Shown here in pieces: positions 9,689 through 19,430 of a stretch of 64,000 nt of DNA. This DNA is from Xanthocytophaga flava (GTDB lineage: Bacteria; Bacteroidota; Bacteroidia; Cytophagales; 172606-1): assembly GCF_030068545.1 (NCBI RefSeq), contig NZ_JASJOR010000010.1:57395-121394 (forward strand). Reading direction: 5' to 3'. The translations under genes and the position numbers were made by a program. The notes beneath the pieces were generated by a model. That model made no database searches and was not told where the DNA came from. It worked only from the letters and a program-made list of their open reading frames with translations. How positions within the stretch are numbered: position 1 is the first letter of the stretch; the number at the start of each line of letters is the position of its first letter.

Positions 9689-10435
9689 ATGAAAGCAGTA
9701 CTTATAGACGACGAACAACACAATCTTGATAACCTGACAGCACTGCTTGCTCAATACTGTCCACAGGTGGAAGTAAGTGCTACAGCACTGGATGCAGAAA
9801 CTGGTAAAAATTTTTTGTATGAACACCAGCCCGACCTGTTATTTCTGGATATACAAATGCCTGGTCAGACAGGTTTTGGTCTGTTACAAAGTTTGTCCCA
9901 CTATGATTTTGAGGTCATCTTTGTTACTGCCTATGACCAGCATGCCATACAGGCCTTCCGGTTTGCAGCAGTGGATTACCTGCTCAAACCTGTTGATATT
10001 ACATTACTCCAATCAGCTGTACAACGAGCTATGAAACAACGTCTGCTAAAAGTTCATAATCAGCAGCTGGAGAATCTGATGCACCTACTCAAAACCCAAC
10101 AAGTAAAAGAAGATCAGCGTATAGCCCTGGCAACTACCAAAGAGACACACTTTGTGAGAGTGAGTGACATCATTCGTTGTGAGTCTTCAAACAACTACAC
10201 CACCTTTTCTCTGACAGATGAAGAAGAATTATTGGTTTGTAAGCCCATTTACGAATACGAAGACATTCTAAAGGACTATGGTTTTATTCGTTGTCATCAG
10301 TCACATCTGGTCAACAAAAAATACATCCGAAGCTGGAAGAAAGAATATGGCGATTTTCTACTATTGACAAACGGCAAAGAAATCCCTGTATCCCGAGGCA
10401 AAAAAGAAGAAGTAAAAAAAGCCTTACAGTTCTAG
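9689..10435 (+). CDS. LytTR-family response regulator (REC + LytTR DNA-binding domain)
   Basis: It begins MKAVLIDDE and has the LFLDIQMPGQTGF receiver motifs. The C-terminal LytTR domain reads FVRVSDIIRCESSNNYTTF...EIPVSRGKK. Its start overlaps the HK stop at 9686, so the two are translationally coupled. Confidence 0.85.
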   Translation: MKAVLIDDEQHNLDNLTALLAQYCPQVEVSATALDAETGKNFLYEHQPDLLFLDIQMPGQTGFGLLQSLSHYDFEVIFVTAYDQHAIQAFRFAAVDYLLKPVDITLLQSAVQRAMKQRLLKVHNQQLENLMHLLKTQQVKEDQRIALATTKETHFVRVSDIIRCESSNNYTTFSLTDEEELLVCKPIYEYEDILKDYGFIRCHQSHLVNKKYIRSWKKEYGDFLLLTNGKEIPVSRGKKEEVKKALQF

Positions 10436-10541
10436 CTATACAAGTATCTAACTAAATAAATCTCCGAATCTGATGCGAACTACATATCCTCAAAGCAAGC
10501 ATTAGCCACTATTGTATACATCATACTAAACCAAAATTCTG

Positions 10542-11966
10542 ATGAAAACTTTATCAGCAGCTATCCCTATGCTCTTTTTTTTCGTACATAGTGTTGCACT
10601 CCAAGCTCAGTCAACAGATAATCAACTGGTGAGACTATCCGAAACCTATGAACTAGCCAATATCATTCTGGCACTGACAGAATATGGCAAAACCGATCCC
10701 TGGGAAGTAGAACAGCATTCAGACTATTACAAAGAAGTCAGAGCCTATTTTGCATCATTTGCCAGTCATCCCTTACTTGCCAAAGCAAATTATTCCCGCG
10801 AGAAATGGGATAGCTATCTGAGCTTTCGGACAGATGCCTATGCATTTTCATTAGATAAAAATAATTGTCTGATCAGGAATGTAGTTTTTCGCACCATTGA
10901 GGAACGCAATGCTTTTGAGGAAAATAAGGATTTGATCAACGACTTTGTTCAGGTTACAAATTTTCGTGAGTTCTATGCCAAACATCTCCCCTATTATCAG
11001 ACACTTGCTACTACATACCTCGAATCCCAACAGTACACACAGATATTTCATTTCCTTGAACAGGAATTTGGTCAGGTACAAGACACAGCACACTATGCCA
11101 TTGTGATGTCACCGTTGGTAGGGCGTATGAACTGCCATCGTGTTGTCAATGATGTACAAACTGACTTTATTACCTTGCCAGCTTTTATTCTGAAGGGAAA
11201 GTCAGCAACCAATGCCTCACAAGAGGATATTGCTACAGGAATTCATATGTTGTTTACCGAACTGGATCATGCATTTGTAAATCCGGTTACCTATCATCAC
11301 CGTCAATTACTCAAAGAAAATTTCAATAATGCTGTCTGGGATGCAGGAAGTGGATATGAAACAGATAGTCTGGCCACGTTTAATGAATACATGACATGGG
11401 CTGCATATGATATCTATATTCGAAAGTTTTTCCCGGAAGTAGCCAATCAAGTATGCACCAACTGGACGTTACAGAATGAAACAAGAGGATTTTATGCCAG
11501 CACCTTGTTTACTCAGGAATTAATTAATTTGTATGACCATCGCAAATCTGGCCAAAGGATCAAAGATCTGTATCCAGCATTACTCAAATGTCTTGGTAAA
11601 TTCCAGCATACGATAAGTAAACCCCTCATAACTTACTGCAATCTCGATAACCAAACTATCTCAGATACTTTAGCAACTTATAAGTTACGATTTTCTGAGC
11701 CTATGCAAAATCTGCTTTCATTTGATATTATCAGAGTTATTGAACAAGATGGTAAATCACGGCAACAGAAGTTCGAAATAACACAACAGAAAAATTCACT
11801 ACGTTGGACAGAAAAAAATACAGAGCTACAGTTTACCTTACCACTGGTAAAAGGTCAACAGAATCGGCTTATTCTAAACTACGCATGGAAAGTTCGGACA
11901 CCCTTGAAAAGTCGGAAAGGAATTACGCTCAAACCCTACACATCCATTAAAACTACAGTACAATAA
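10542..11966 (+). CDS. hypothetical secreted protein
   Basis: 474 aa with a signal peptide (MKTLSAAIPMLFFFVHSVALQAQS). No confident family assignment. A DUF4932-like peptidase fold is possible but unverified. Confidence 0.45.
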   Translation: MKTLSAAIPMLFFFVHSVALQAQSTDNQLVRLSETYELANIILALTEYGKTDPWEVEQHSDYYKEVRAYFASFASHPLLAKANYSREKWDSYLSFRTDAYAFSLDKNNCLIRNVVFRTIEERNAFEENKDLINDFVQVTNFREFYAKHLPYYQTLATTYLESQQYTQIFHFLEQEFGQVQDTAHYAIVMSPLVGRMNCHRVVNDVQTDFITLPAFILKGKSATNASQEDIATGIHMLFTELDHAFVNPVTYHHRQLLKENFNNAVWDAGSGYETDSLATFNEYMTWAAYDIYIRKFFPEVANQVCTNWTLQNETRGFYASTLFTQELINLYDHRKSGQRIKDLYPALLKCLGKFQHTISKPLITYCNLDNQTISDTLATYKLRFSEPMQNLLSFDIIRVIEQDGKSRQQKFEITQQKNSLRWTEKNTELQFTLPLVKGQQNRLILNYAWKVRTPLKSRKGITLKPYTSIKTTVQ

Positions 11967-11968
11967 AC

Positions 11969-12703
11969 TTATACAGGTTGTTTGATATACTCCAGCTTAG
12001 CAGTTCTATACTTCTGCATTTCAGCCAGATGTCGCATACGTTCTATAGACCGATGAAAGCTTTGTACAGTGATGGAATTGACCAACCAGGCAGGTAAGGA
12101 AAGGCCTTCTGGCTTTGCATGAAAAATATACTCCACCTTTACACCATTTTCTTCGGGTGTTAACACCCAGCTCCCTCCAGCCTGCAATACACGTGCTTTG
12201 TCTTTGTATTTTTTTATATAGGAGGGGGCATTTTTAATGTCTATAGTCACCTTTCCGTCTGAACTCTGCGTCAGTACATTGTGTGTAATTACATCCGCAT
12301 TCTTAAAAGGCCAGGGAATGCCTATTTCGGCATAAGTATACCAATCCTTATCATTTATGTTTTGTAGCGTTTCATATTTAACCACACGATCCATCCAGCG
12401 AGGAGAAGCAGAAGCATCTTTGATCAGCGCCACCATACCACTGAGTGTAGTAGAGATAGTTGTAACAGCCTTTACCTGTCTATACGAACTGCCTGAAGCT
12501 GCTTTCACATAGATCTGTACCTGATTGGCATCTTTTTCCAGTTTCCAACCTGATTCCGTATCAGAAATAGGTAGTGATTTTACCAAATTAGCTATGTATC
12601 CGGAACAGGCTTCAGTGGAATGTTCCAGACATTCTGTTGCAACAGCAATAGACATCAATACTCCTAAACAAAGTCCAACAGGAATCATACAATTAAAATA
12701 CAT
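11969..12703 (-). CDS. SRPBCC / START-like lipid-binding domain protein (secreted or lipoprotein)
   Basis: 244 aa with an N-terminal hydrophobic signal. Its beta-rich body (SGWKLEKDANQVQIYVK...VKYETLQNINDKDWYTYAEIGIPWPFKNADVITHNVLTQ) resembles START/Bet v1-like folds. Confidence 0.45.
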   Translation of the reverse strand: MYFNCMIPVGLCLGVLMSIAVATECLEHSTEACSGYIANLVKSLPISDTESGWKLEKDANQVQIYVKAASGSSYRQVKAVTTISTTLSGMVALIKDASASPRWMDRVVKYETLQNINDKDWYTYAEIGIPWPFKNADVITHNVLTQSSDGKVTIDIKNAPSYIKKYKDKARVLQAGGSWVLTPEENGVKVEYIFHAKPEGLSLPAWLVNSITVQSFHRSIERMRHLAEMQKYRTAKLEYIKQPV

Positions 12704-12847
12704 TCTACAGTTTATACTAAAAAACGAATATACGTTACTTCTGGTACGAAAGAAGCAGTATGATTACATAAAAATAAATGCCACTTCCCTATTCTAATGT
12801 GGAATTATATAAAAAGGTTTTCGAGAGGTTTATGTCTTAAAAAAGCA

Positions 12848-12893
12848 ATGCGCATACTTCACGTCATTTTTATTCCTGACGTGAAGTATGCGC
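12848..12893 (-). terminator. perfect 18-bp-stem hairpin (TGCGCATACTTCACGTCA / TGACGTGAAGTATGCGCA, 10-nt loop). On the minus strand it is followed by TTGCTTTTTTAAG.
   Basis: Arms at 12848-12865 and 12876-12893. The U-tract is present only on the minus strand, so this is an intrinsic terminator for a minus-strand transcript. That transcript could be the DUF4112 gene 3'UTR or an independent sRNA. Confidence 0.6.
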
Positions 12894-12910
12894 AACTGAA
12901 ATAATAATCA

Positions 12911-13040
12911 GAACTCCAGTCAAACAAAAGTTTGAACTAAATTCAGGTCAAACGCAAAAGTGACCATTATTCGAATATTTCTGGAAAGTGATCGGTATTC
13001 CGGTCAAACACAAAATCGATTCGAACTCCAGTCAAAAATG
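12911..13040. repeat. four phased copies of a ~17-bp motif yC[CA][AG]GTCAAAC[AG]CAAAAG (spacing 28/56/28 bp), plus a duplicated TTCGAACTCCAGTCAAA block 106 bp apart
   Basis: The copies are CTCCAGTCAAACAAAAG (12914), TTCAGGTCAAACGCAAAAG (12942), TTCCGGTCAAACACAAAATCG (12997) and CTCCAGTCAAAAATGATTT (13026). No ORF is present. The region lies between the DUF4112 gene (-) and the START-like gene (-). Confidence 0.5.
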
Positions 13041-13137
13041 ATTTGAAAGTAGATTACGGAACGCCATTGCTATTTTTTATTTATGAATAGAATTCCGTTC
13101 ACTAGCAAGCTTGCCTGTTTTAAAACGCAGATAGTCA

Positions 13138-13629
13138 TTAGTGACCGAAAATATATTCACCCAGATTCCATAATGCCCAGATCAAAAATGACAGAAAGGC
13201 TAGCAATATACATGTGACAATAATGATTATACCCGTACCGTTACCCTGATACTTTCCTTCTTGGTAATGCTTTCTAAGCAAATTCAGGTTACGTTGATTG
13301 GATTTAAAACCAATATCAAACAAGTCACCCAGTAATGGAATACTACCCAAGATAGAATCCAGCATTACATTTCCTGCCATCATCAGTACCACTTTCCGGC
13401 TCACCCCATGACGTGCCATCATCAATACCATCATTCCGGAAATACCAAAGGTGATCAACTCCCCTATTCCAGGAATAAGACCGATAATAGGATCAAGGCC
13501 AAAGCGAATATTGGTACCCGGAATACGGAAAGCATTATCCATGATGTGAGCAGTCGTTTCAATCCACTGAAGCTCTGGAACGCGCCTTACTACTTTTCCT
13601 GGTTGTACATATGTCGTTTTCATAGTCAT
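13138..13629 (-). CDS. DUF4112-family membrane protein
   Basis: 163 aa. The FRIPGTNIRFGLDPIIGLIPGIGELITFGIS motif is characteristic of DUF4112. It has two or more TM helices. Confidence 0.55.
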   Translation of the reverse strand: MTMKTTYVQPGKVVRRVPELQWIETTAHIMDNAFRIPGTNIRFGLDPIIGLIPGIGELITFGISGMMVLMMARHGVSRKVVLMMAGNVMLDSILGSIPLLGDLFDIGFKSNQRNLNLLRKHYQEGKYQGNGTGIIIIVTCILLAFLSFLIWALWNLGEYIFGH

Positions 13630-13829
13630 TCTGATTTCTTGTTAATTAGTTACCGAAAAGCTATATAGAATCTCTTTTACTCTCTTATACTCAAAGTAAT
13701 ACAGATACAAAACTTGTACCAACAGATAGTAGTACATTCATACACTCTTGTAACCAGGTATCACATCCTGTAAACCAGATAGATTATTTTTTGCTTACCT
13801 TTCTTCATCCAACCATTTCACTAGATTCT

Positions 13830-14933
13830 ATGAACCACTCCAGAAAACAACAAAAATACTCACTCAGTTTTTTCATGGGTATACTAGTAGTGTATCTACT
13901 GCTTTCTCAACCAGCATTTGCACAACTAGTAAGCGAGAAACCGTCGCCCTTTATTGAAAAGGAAATTGTCAACTGGGATTATCATTCCAAACAAGTGAAT
14001 GATGATTTTACAATCTATATACATTTTCCACCAGGATATGATACCTCTAAGATCAGTTATCCAGTCCTGTATATGACAGATGGGGATTGGAATATGACCG
14101 TTGCAATGAATTGCTTTAATATGTTGCGGCAAGATTATACTACAATAGAACCTCTTATTGTGGGAATTGGGTATGGTAATCGTCCAAACAAACGGTCTCG
14201 CGACTTAAACCCTTCTACAGGTGGACCTGCATTTCTGAAATTTATTACAGATGAAGTAATGCCTTTTGTAAAGAGTACCTATCGTATAACAGATAACAAA
14301 GCTTTGTATGGCTATTCGCTGGGAGGCATGTTTACTACCTATGTACTTTTCACCTATCCGGAATTGTTTAATATGATCTTTATAGGTGCACCTGGCAATA
14401 ACGGAAATGAATTACTTGCTCCAGCTCAGAAGTACTTTGCCAGTCATACAGACCTGAAAAGTAAAGTATTTGTAGGAGTTGGTTCCTATGAACATGAAAC
14501 TACTGCCAATATTGAAAAATTCAAAGCATACCTGTTGAAACAAAACTGTAAACAACTGGAACTGGAAACTGCCATTACACCCAATGCCGGGCATGGTGCA
14601 GCCTTGGCTCAGGTTATGCAGAATGCTATTGCCTTTGCTTATTGTACGAAACATAAACCTATAGTAGTGCCGGCCAAAACGCTACAAAAATATGCAGGAA
14701 CATATATCCTCGAAAGCGAACCTAATGAAAAGTATACTGTGTTCGTACAAAATGAGAAGTTGTATTTTAAATCAGGTCAGAGTCCAACACAACTTGTTCC
14801 CTATACCAAAGACGGATTTTTTATGTATGAAAATCAGAAAGGTACATTCACATTCAAAGAAGAAGCTGGAAAAATGTCTGTTGTATATGAGGAAACAAAT
14901 CAGAAACCAACCTCACTGAAAAAAATCAACTGA
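13830..14933 (+). CDS. alpha/beta-hydrolase esterase (enterochelin/putative esterase family PF00756-like), secreted
   Basis: Signal peptide MNHSRKQQKYSLSFFMGILVVYLLLSQPAFAQ. The body has YPVLYMTDGDWNM and the GYSLGG nucleophile elbow. The ORF track start at 13791 lies further upstream. Confidence 0.7.
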   Translation: MNHSRKQQKYSLSFFMGILVVYLLLSQPAFAQLVSEKPSPFIEKEIVNWDYHSKQVNDDFTIYIHFPPGYDTSKISYPVLYMTDGDWNMTVAMNCFNMLRQDYTTIEPLIVGIGYGNRPNKRSRDLNPSTGGPAFLKFITDEVMPFVKSTYRITDNKALYGYSLGGMFTTYVLFTYPELFNMIFIGAPGNNGNELLAPAQKYFASHTDLKSKVFVGVGSYEHETTANIEKFKAYLLKQNCKQLELETAITPNAGHGAALAQVMQNAIAFAYCTKHKPIVVPAKTLQKYAGTYILESEPNEKYTVFVQNEKLYFKSGQSPTQLVPYTKDGFFMYENQKGTFTFKEEAGKMSVVYEETNQKPTSLKKIN

Positions 14934-15075
14934 TGTATTTGGTCTTGACATTCAGGGAAAATAGAAATAGGTAAGAGAAAAAACAAAACACAAATATGGT
15001 AAGCCAGAAAAAGTTTTCTTTCTTTGAAGCAGAAGATCAATTTTTTAGAAACCAGAAAACAAACCAATTGTTAAA

Positions 15076-15756
15076 ATGAAACTTACCTATTATGGTCATT
15101 CCTGTTTCTCGGTAGTAGCAGGAGGCAAACACATTTTATTTGATCCCTTCATTTCAGGCAATGAACTGGCCAAAAATATTCAGGTAGACCAGATACAGGC
15201 TGATTATATATTTGTATCCCATGGACACTTTGATCATATGCTGGATGCTGTCAGTATTGCTAATCGTACAGGTGCAACTATAGTAGGTAGCTGGGAACTC
15301 TACACCTATTTTGGTCAGCAAGGTGTAAAGAATGTACATCCCCTGAATCCAGGAGGGAAAGTAAGTTTCGACTTTGGAACTGTAAAAGCGTTTGGAGCAC
15401 AACATTCCAGCAGTTTTCAGGATGGTAACTATGCAGGTGTAGCCAGCGGATTTGCTCTAAAAACGTCTGATGGTAACTTCTACTATAGTGGTGATACAGG
15501 TCTTACACTAGATATGACCTTAGTAGCTAAATGGGTAAAACTGGATTTTGCTGTCCTTCCTATAGGAGATGTGCTGACAATGGGTATAGAGGATGCCATA
15601 CAAGCGGCTCAGTTTTTGGAGACAACCACTATAGTAGGCGTTCACTACGATACATGGGGCTTTATTAAACTTGATGCAGCTAATGCAAAAGAACAATTTA
15701 CGGAGTCTAACATAAAATTACATTTGCCAGAAATTGGCGAAAGCATTGAGATATAA
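15076..15756 (+). CDS. metal-dependent hydrolase, MBL-fold (UPF0173 family)
   Basis: It begins MKLTYYGHSCFSVVAGGKHILFDPFISGN and has the HGHFDH motif. Confidence 0.8.
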   Translation: MKLTYYGHSCFSVVAGGKHILFDPFISGNELAKNIQVDQIQADYIFVSHGHFDHMLDAVSIANRTGATIVGSWELYTYFGQQGVKNVHPLNPGGKVSFDFGTVKAFGAQHSSSFQDGNYAGVASGFALKTSDGNFYYSGDTGLTLDMTLVAKWVKLDFAVLPIGDVLTMGIEDAIQAAQFLETTTIVGVHYDTWGFIKLDAANAKEQFTESNIKLHLPEIGESIEI

Positions 15757-15773
15757 GATCTTTTATAGAACAG

Positions 15774-15821
15774 GTGACCTTATAGTAAGCATGTGTTTAT
15801 TATAAGGTCGCTACATTTTTT
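15774..15821 (+). terminator. hairpin plus T-tract after the MBL hydrolase gene
   Basis: GTGACCTTATA pairs with TATAAGGTCGC (one mismatch), followed by TACATTTTTTAACC. Confidence 0.5.
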
Positions 15822-15998
15822 AACCTATTGTCTTTTATTTTTTCACATTCAGTTTCTCCTTCGATTTATCATCCTAAAACACACACAAAGTTGGTTTATT
15901 CATAAAACATGTAATAAACTCATTCACAACGTATTTTTTCTCCAAAATTCCCGATATACTTTTACTTACATTAAATCTGATATAAGTAAAACATATAC

Positions 15999-18900
15999 AT
16001 GGGTCGATATTTACACATCTGTTTTAAACGTTCACATTGTATTCTTTTAACAATTATCGTTCTTTTTTTTCAATCACTTGTTAGTAGTGCTCAGGATTAC
16101 CTTTGGACAAAACAAGCAGGCGGAACAGGTGATGATTTTGGGATTGAAATAGTAGTTGATGACTTAGGTAACTCTTATGTTACAGGTCAAATTCAAGGAA
16201 GTGCTGTATTTGGAACAACCACTTTGATCAGTGCAGGTGGAAATGATATATTTATTGCCAAGTATGATCCTAATGGAAATGTCATCTGGGTGATTCGTGC
16301 AGGAGGAAGCGGTAATGATGATGCTAGAGGGATAAATATTGACAAAAATGGTAATTGCTATATCACAGGTAGTTTTAGAGAAAGTGCAAAATTTGGTACA
16401 ACAACAATAACAGCATACAACGATGGCTGGAGTGATATGTTTCTTGCTAAAATAGATCCAAATGGGAATTTTTTATGGGCTAAAAATACGTCTACTGACC
16501 CCGAAAATCAAAGTGGATATGGGCTTGAAATAGATAAAGATGGATCTATTTATGTTTCTGGTGCATTTACATCAAGTGCCTCATTCAATTCTATTAAATT
16601 GACAAGTCAGGGTGGGTCTGATATCTTCTTAGCTAAATTTGATTCAAATGGTAACCCTATTTGGGTAAAAAGCGCAGGAAGCAACGGTGGAGTTGGATAT
16701 GAACTAGGGCGTGATGTCGCTCTTGATGCAAATGGGAATTGTTATCTGACAGGAGGATTCCAAAACACGGCAAGCTTTGCTACTGGAGTTACAGTAACAA
16801 GTGCAGGGGGAAATAATGATATCTTTCTTGCAAAATATGCACCAGATGGATCTGTTTTGTGGGTTAAAAGAGCCGGAGGAAATGGAGAAGATATTGGTAT
16901 AGGTCTTGCAACAGATGTAGCAGGTAATATTTTTTTAACAGGGCGTTTTTCAAACACTTCAAATTTTGGAAGCATTAATCTTACCAGTATAGGTAACTTT
17001 GACGGATTTATTGCCAAGTATGCCCCGGATGGATCTGTAACCTGGGCGCAAAAAGTAAGTAGTTCCAATGCCGATTTTGGTCAGGGGACTGTGGTAGATG
17101 CAGGTGGCAATTGTTTTATTGTTGGGCAATATGGTGGTAGTACAACCCTCAATTGTGCTAAGATTGCCAATAAAGGACAAGGTGATATTTATGTTGCTAA
17201 ATATGATCCGTCAGGAAATATATTATGGGCCCAAAATGCGGGAGGTACAGCTGATGATGCTGGATATTCGTTAGGAATTGACAAAATAGGGAATTGTTAT
17301 GTGACCGGAACTTTTGCCAGTTCTCCTGCTACTTTTGGAAAGTCTAGTTTTACGAATAAAGGTATCCGGGATATCTTTGTTGCTAAACTCTTCTCTGTCC
17401 CAAATTCTATCACTCTTTCAGAGGTCAATCCAGTATGTCCGGATGCATCTTTTCAAGTTGCTTTTGCTATAAGTTGTGCCTCTTCCTCTCAAACCTATTC
17501 TGTTCAATTGTCAGAGCCCAATTCTTCTAACTTCCCTGTTAGCCCTCAAATCATTGCAACAGGCACGAGTTCTCCTATTACAGCAAACTTACCCACTGGA
17601 ATAAAACCTGGCAATTACTTTATTCGTGTTGTTTCTTCCAATGGAACAATATCCAATAATGTGCCATTACAAGTGCAAGTTGCAGCTTCCTCAGTTTCAA
17701 TTCAGGCTAGTGATCTAGGACCTTGCGGAAGTACAAATATTGATTTCACATTGACAACAACCAATGCGGGTACATCTCCTACCTATTCATGGTCTGTCAA
17801 AATTGATGATGTTGTCCAATTAGCCACTAGTACATCTGACAAACTCTCATTTGCTTTACCACAAACAACGAAAGGATATACTCTGGAAGTTTCTGCTACC
17901 ATGAAATCCAGCAATGCTTGTACCATTCCGGTTACAGATACATGGAAGATGTATATAGATAAATTTCCTTCTCTAGTTCTTAACCCACTCAATCCTGCAT
18001 GTCAGCAAGGTACTTTAAATTTAGCCTTTTCAACCAGTTGTTCCCTAAATTCAGGTGTGACCTATACAGCTCAGCTATCCCCTGCCAATACAGATTCGTT
18101 TCAGGATATTGCTACAGGATCTGGTAGCCCGCTTTCTGGAATACAACTCAACAACATGTCTCCTGGAACATATAAAGTTCGTATCAAATCTTCCACAGGA
18201 TTACAATCCAATGAGGTAGACTTAGTCATTCTCTCAGTTGGCAAAGTCGATGTTGCATTAAAGGAAAAACGCGTGAATACATGTACAGATGAAACTGTAA
18301 CTGTCAAGACAACATCACCTCAAACAGGTGCCCTATTTCAATGGCAAATCAATGGAAACAATACGAGTGAAACTACATCATCAGATTCTCTGGCATTACC
18401 ATCCTTCGTAAACATAGATAAGGATACTACCCTTCTGGTTAGTGTTTATATAACATTTCCAAATTCGTGTATACAATCGGATACGGCTCAATTAGCAGTT
18501 ACCTATTATCCGGCACTAGGCGTTACATGTTCGATCCCTGATACCATTGATATAGATGTTCCCACTCCGTTTATAACCTCTACATCAAAGGGCAAACCTC
18601 CTTACAAAATAAACTGGAGCCTGGATCATACTGGAAAAATAATATTTGCTCGTTCTGATACAGCCATGCTTTCGTTTCAGGAGGAGGGATTATCATTTGT
18701 TTCTGTAACGGTGAAAGATGACAGGGGTTGTGAAGCTACCTGTAGCAAATATGTATACATTAATGCCCCAATTGGCACTATACCCAATGTATTCACTCCT
18801 AATCATGATGAGTTCAACAAACGATTTACTATCAACTATAAAGGAAAAAGAAAATTCAAAATGGAAATATACAACCGTTGGGGTAGATTGATAACAACCG

Positions 18901-19031
18901 TGCATGATGGAGTGTATGGATGGGATGGAGGCAATTGTACCTCAGGCATTTACTATTATCAGATCCAAGTTGGAGAACAATCTTTCAAAGGATGGGTGCA
19001 TCTTTTACGGGATGCAGAACAAAACCCATAA
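15999..19031 (+). CDS. large secreted SBBP (beta-propeller) repeat protein with a T9SS type-B C-terminal sorting domain (gliding-motility-associated / CHU_C-like)
   Basis: 1010 aa. Repeated blocks of the form GGxGxDxGxxIxxDxxGNxYxTGxF occur nine or more times. Ig-like middle repeats contain conserved Cys pairs. The C-terminus IGTIPNVFTPNHDEFNKRFTINYKGKRKFKMEIYNRWGRLI matches the T9SS type-B CTD. Confidence 0.75.
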   Translation: MGRYLHICFKRSHCILLTIIVLFFQSLVSSAQDYLWTKQAGGTGDDFGIEIVVDDLGNSYVTGQIQGSAVFGTTTLISAGGNDIFIAKYDPNGNVIWVIRAGGSGNDDARGINIDKNGNCYITGSFRESAKFGTTTITAYNDGWSDMFLAKIDPNGNFLWAKNTSTDPENQSGYGLEIDKDGSIYVSGAFTSSASFNSIKLTSQGGSDIFLAKFDSNGNPIWVKSAGSNGGVGYELGRDVALDANGNCYLTGGFQNTASFATGVTVTSAGGNNDIFLAKYAPDGSVLWVKRAGGNGEDIGIGLATDVAGNIFLTGRFSNTSNFGSINLTSIGNFDGFIAKYAPDGSVTWAQKVSSSNADFGQGTVVDAGGNCFIVGQYGGSTTLNCAKIANKGQGDIYVAKYDPSGNILWAQNAGGTADDAGYSLGIDKIGNCYVTGTFASSPATFGKSSFTNKGIRDIFVAKLFSVPNSITLSEVNPVCPDASFQVAFAISCASSSQTYSVQLSEPNSSNFPVSPQIIATGTSSPITANLPTGIKPGNYFIRVVSSNGTISNNVPLQVQVAASSVSIQASDLGPCGSTNIDFTLTTTNAGTSPTYSWSVKIDDVVQLATSTSDKLSFALPQTTKGYTLEVSATMKSSNACTIPVTDTWKMYIDKFPSLVLNPLNPACQQGTLNLAFSTSCSLNSGVTYTAQLSPANTDSFQDIATGSGSPLSGIQLNNMSPGTYKVRIKSSTGLQSNEVDLVILSVGKVDVALKEKRVNTCTDETVTVKTTSPQTGALFQWQINGNNTSETTSSDSLALPSFVNIDKDTTLLVSVYITFPNSCIQSDTAQLAVTYYPALGVTCSIPDTIDIDVPTPFITSTSKGKPPYKINWSLDHTGKIIFARSDTAMLSFQEEGLSFVSVTVKDDRGCEATCSKYVYINAPIGTIPNVFTPNHDEFNKRFTINYKGKRKFKMEIYNRWGRLITTVHDGVYGWDGGNCTSGIYYYQIQVGEQSFKGWVHLLRDAEQNP

Positions 19032-19088
19032 AATTTCTTGAGGATTAGTATCTTTGACAACTAATCAAGATACTAATCTTTATTCCAT

Positions 19089-19415
19089 ATGTCCTTTATT
19101 GACCTTTCCGCACAATCTGAAAAAACAATCTTTGATGGCTTCTTTGCCAGGTTTGTTCATACAGACCAGATAACTATTGCCTATGTTCGCATTGAAGAAG
19201 GCAAACATCTGCCACCTCACTCCCATCCACAGGAACAGATTACTACAGTAATATCTGGTGAACTGGAAATGACTGTAGGAGAGGAAACTCAGGTATTAAA
19301 AGAAGGTCAGGTAGGGGTTATACCAAGTAATGTAGTTCATTCTGGCAAAGCACTTACACCTTGTTATGTGATTGATGTGTTCAATCCTGTTCGGGAAGAT
19401 TTTAAGAAGTTGTAG
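19089..19415 (+). CDS. cupin-domain protein
   Basis: 108 aa with HSHPQEQITTVISGELEM, a cupin motif. Confidence 0.65.
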   Translation: MSFIDLSAQSEKTIFDGFFARFVHTDQITIAYVRIEEGKHLPPHSHPQEQITTVISGELEMTVGEETQVLKEGQVGVIPSNVVHSGKALTPCYVIDVFNPVREDFKKL

Positions 19416-19430
19416 TGAAAAGAAGTAGTA

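Noticed and set aside
13014-13035. tRNA-like T-arm (GATTCGAACTCC) suggesting a tRNA or tRNA fragment
   Set aside because: There is no acceptor stem, no CCA-compatible 3' end and no D-arm, and the motif is duplicated as part of a degenerate repeat. It is not a tRNA.
16742-17180. Minus-strand ORFs (108 aa and 73 aa) inside the SBBP gene
   Set aside because: They are antisense shadows within a long repeat-rich CDS.
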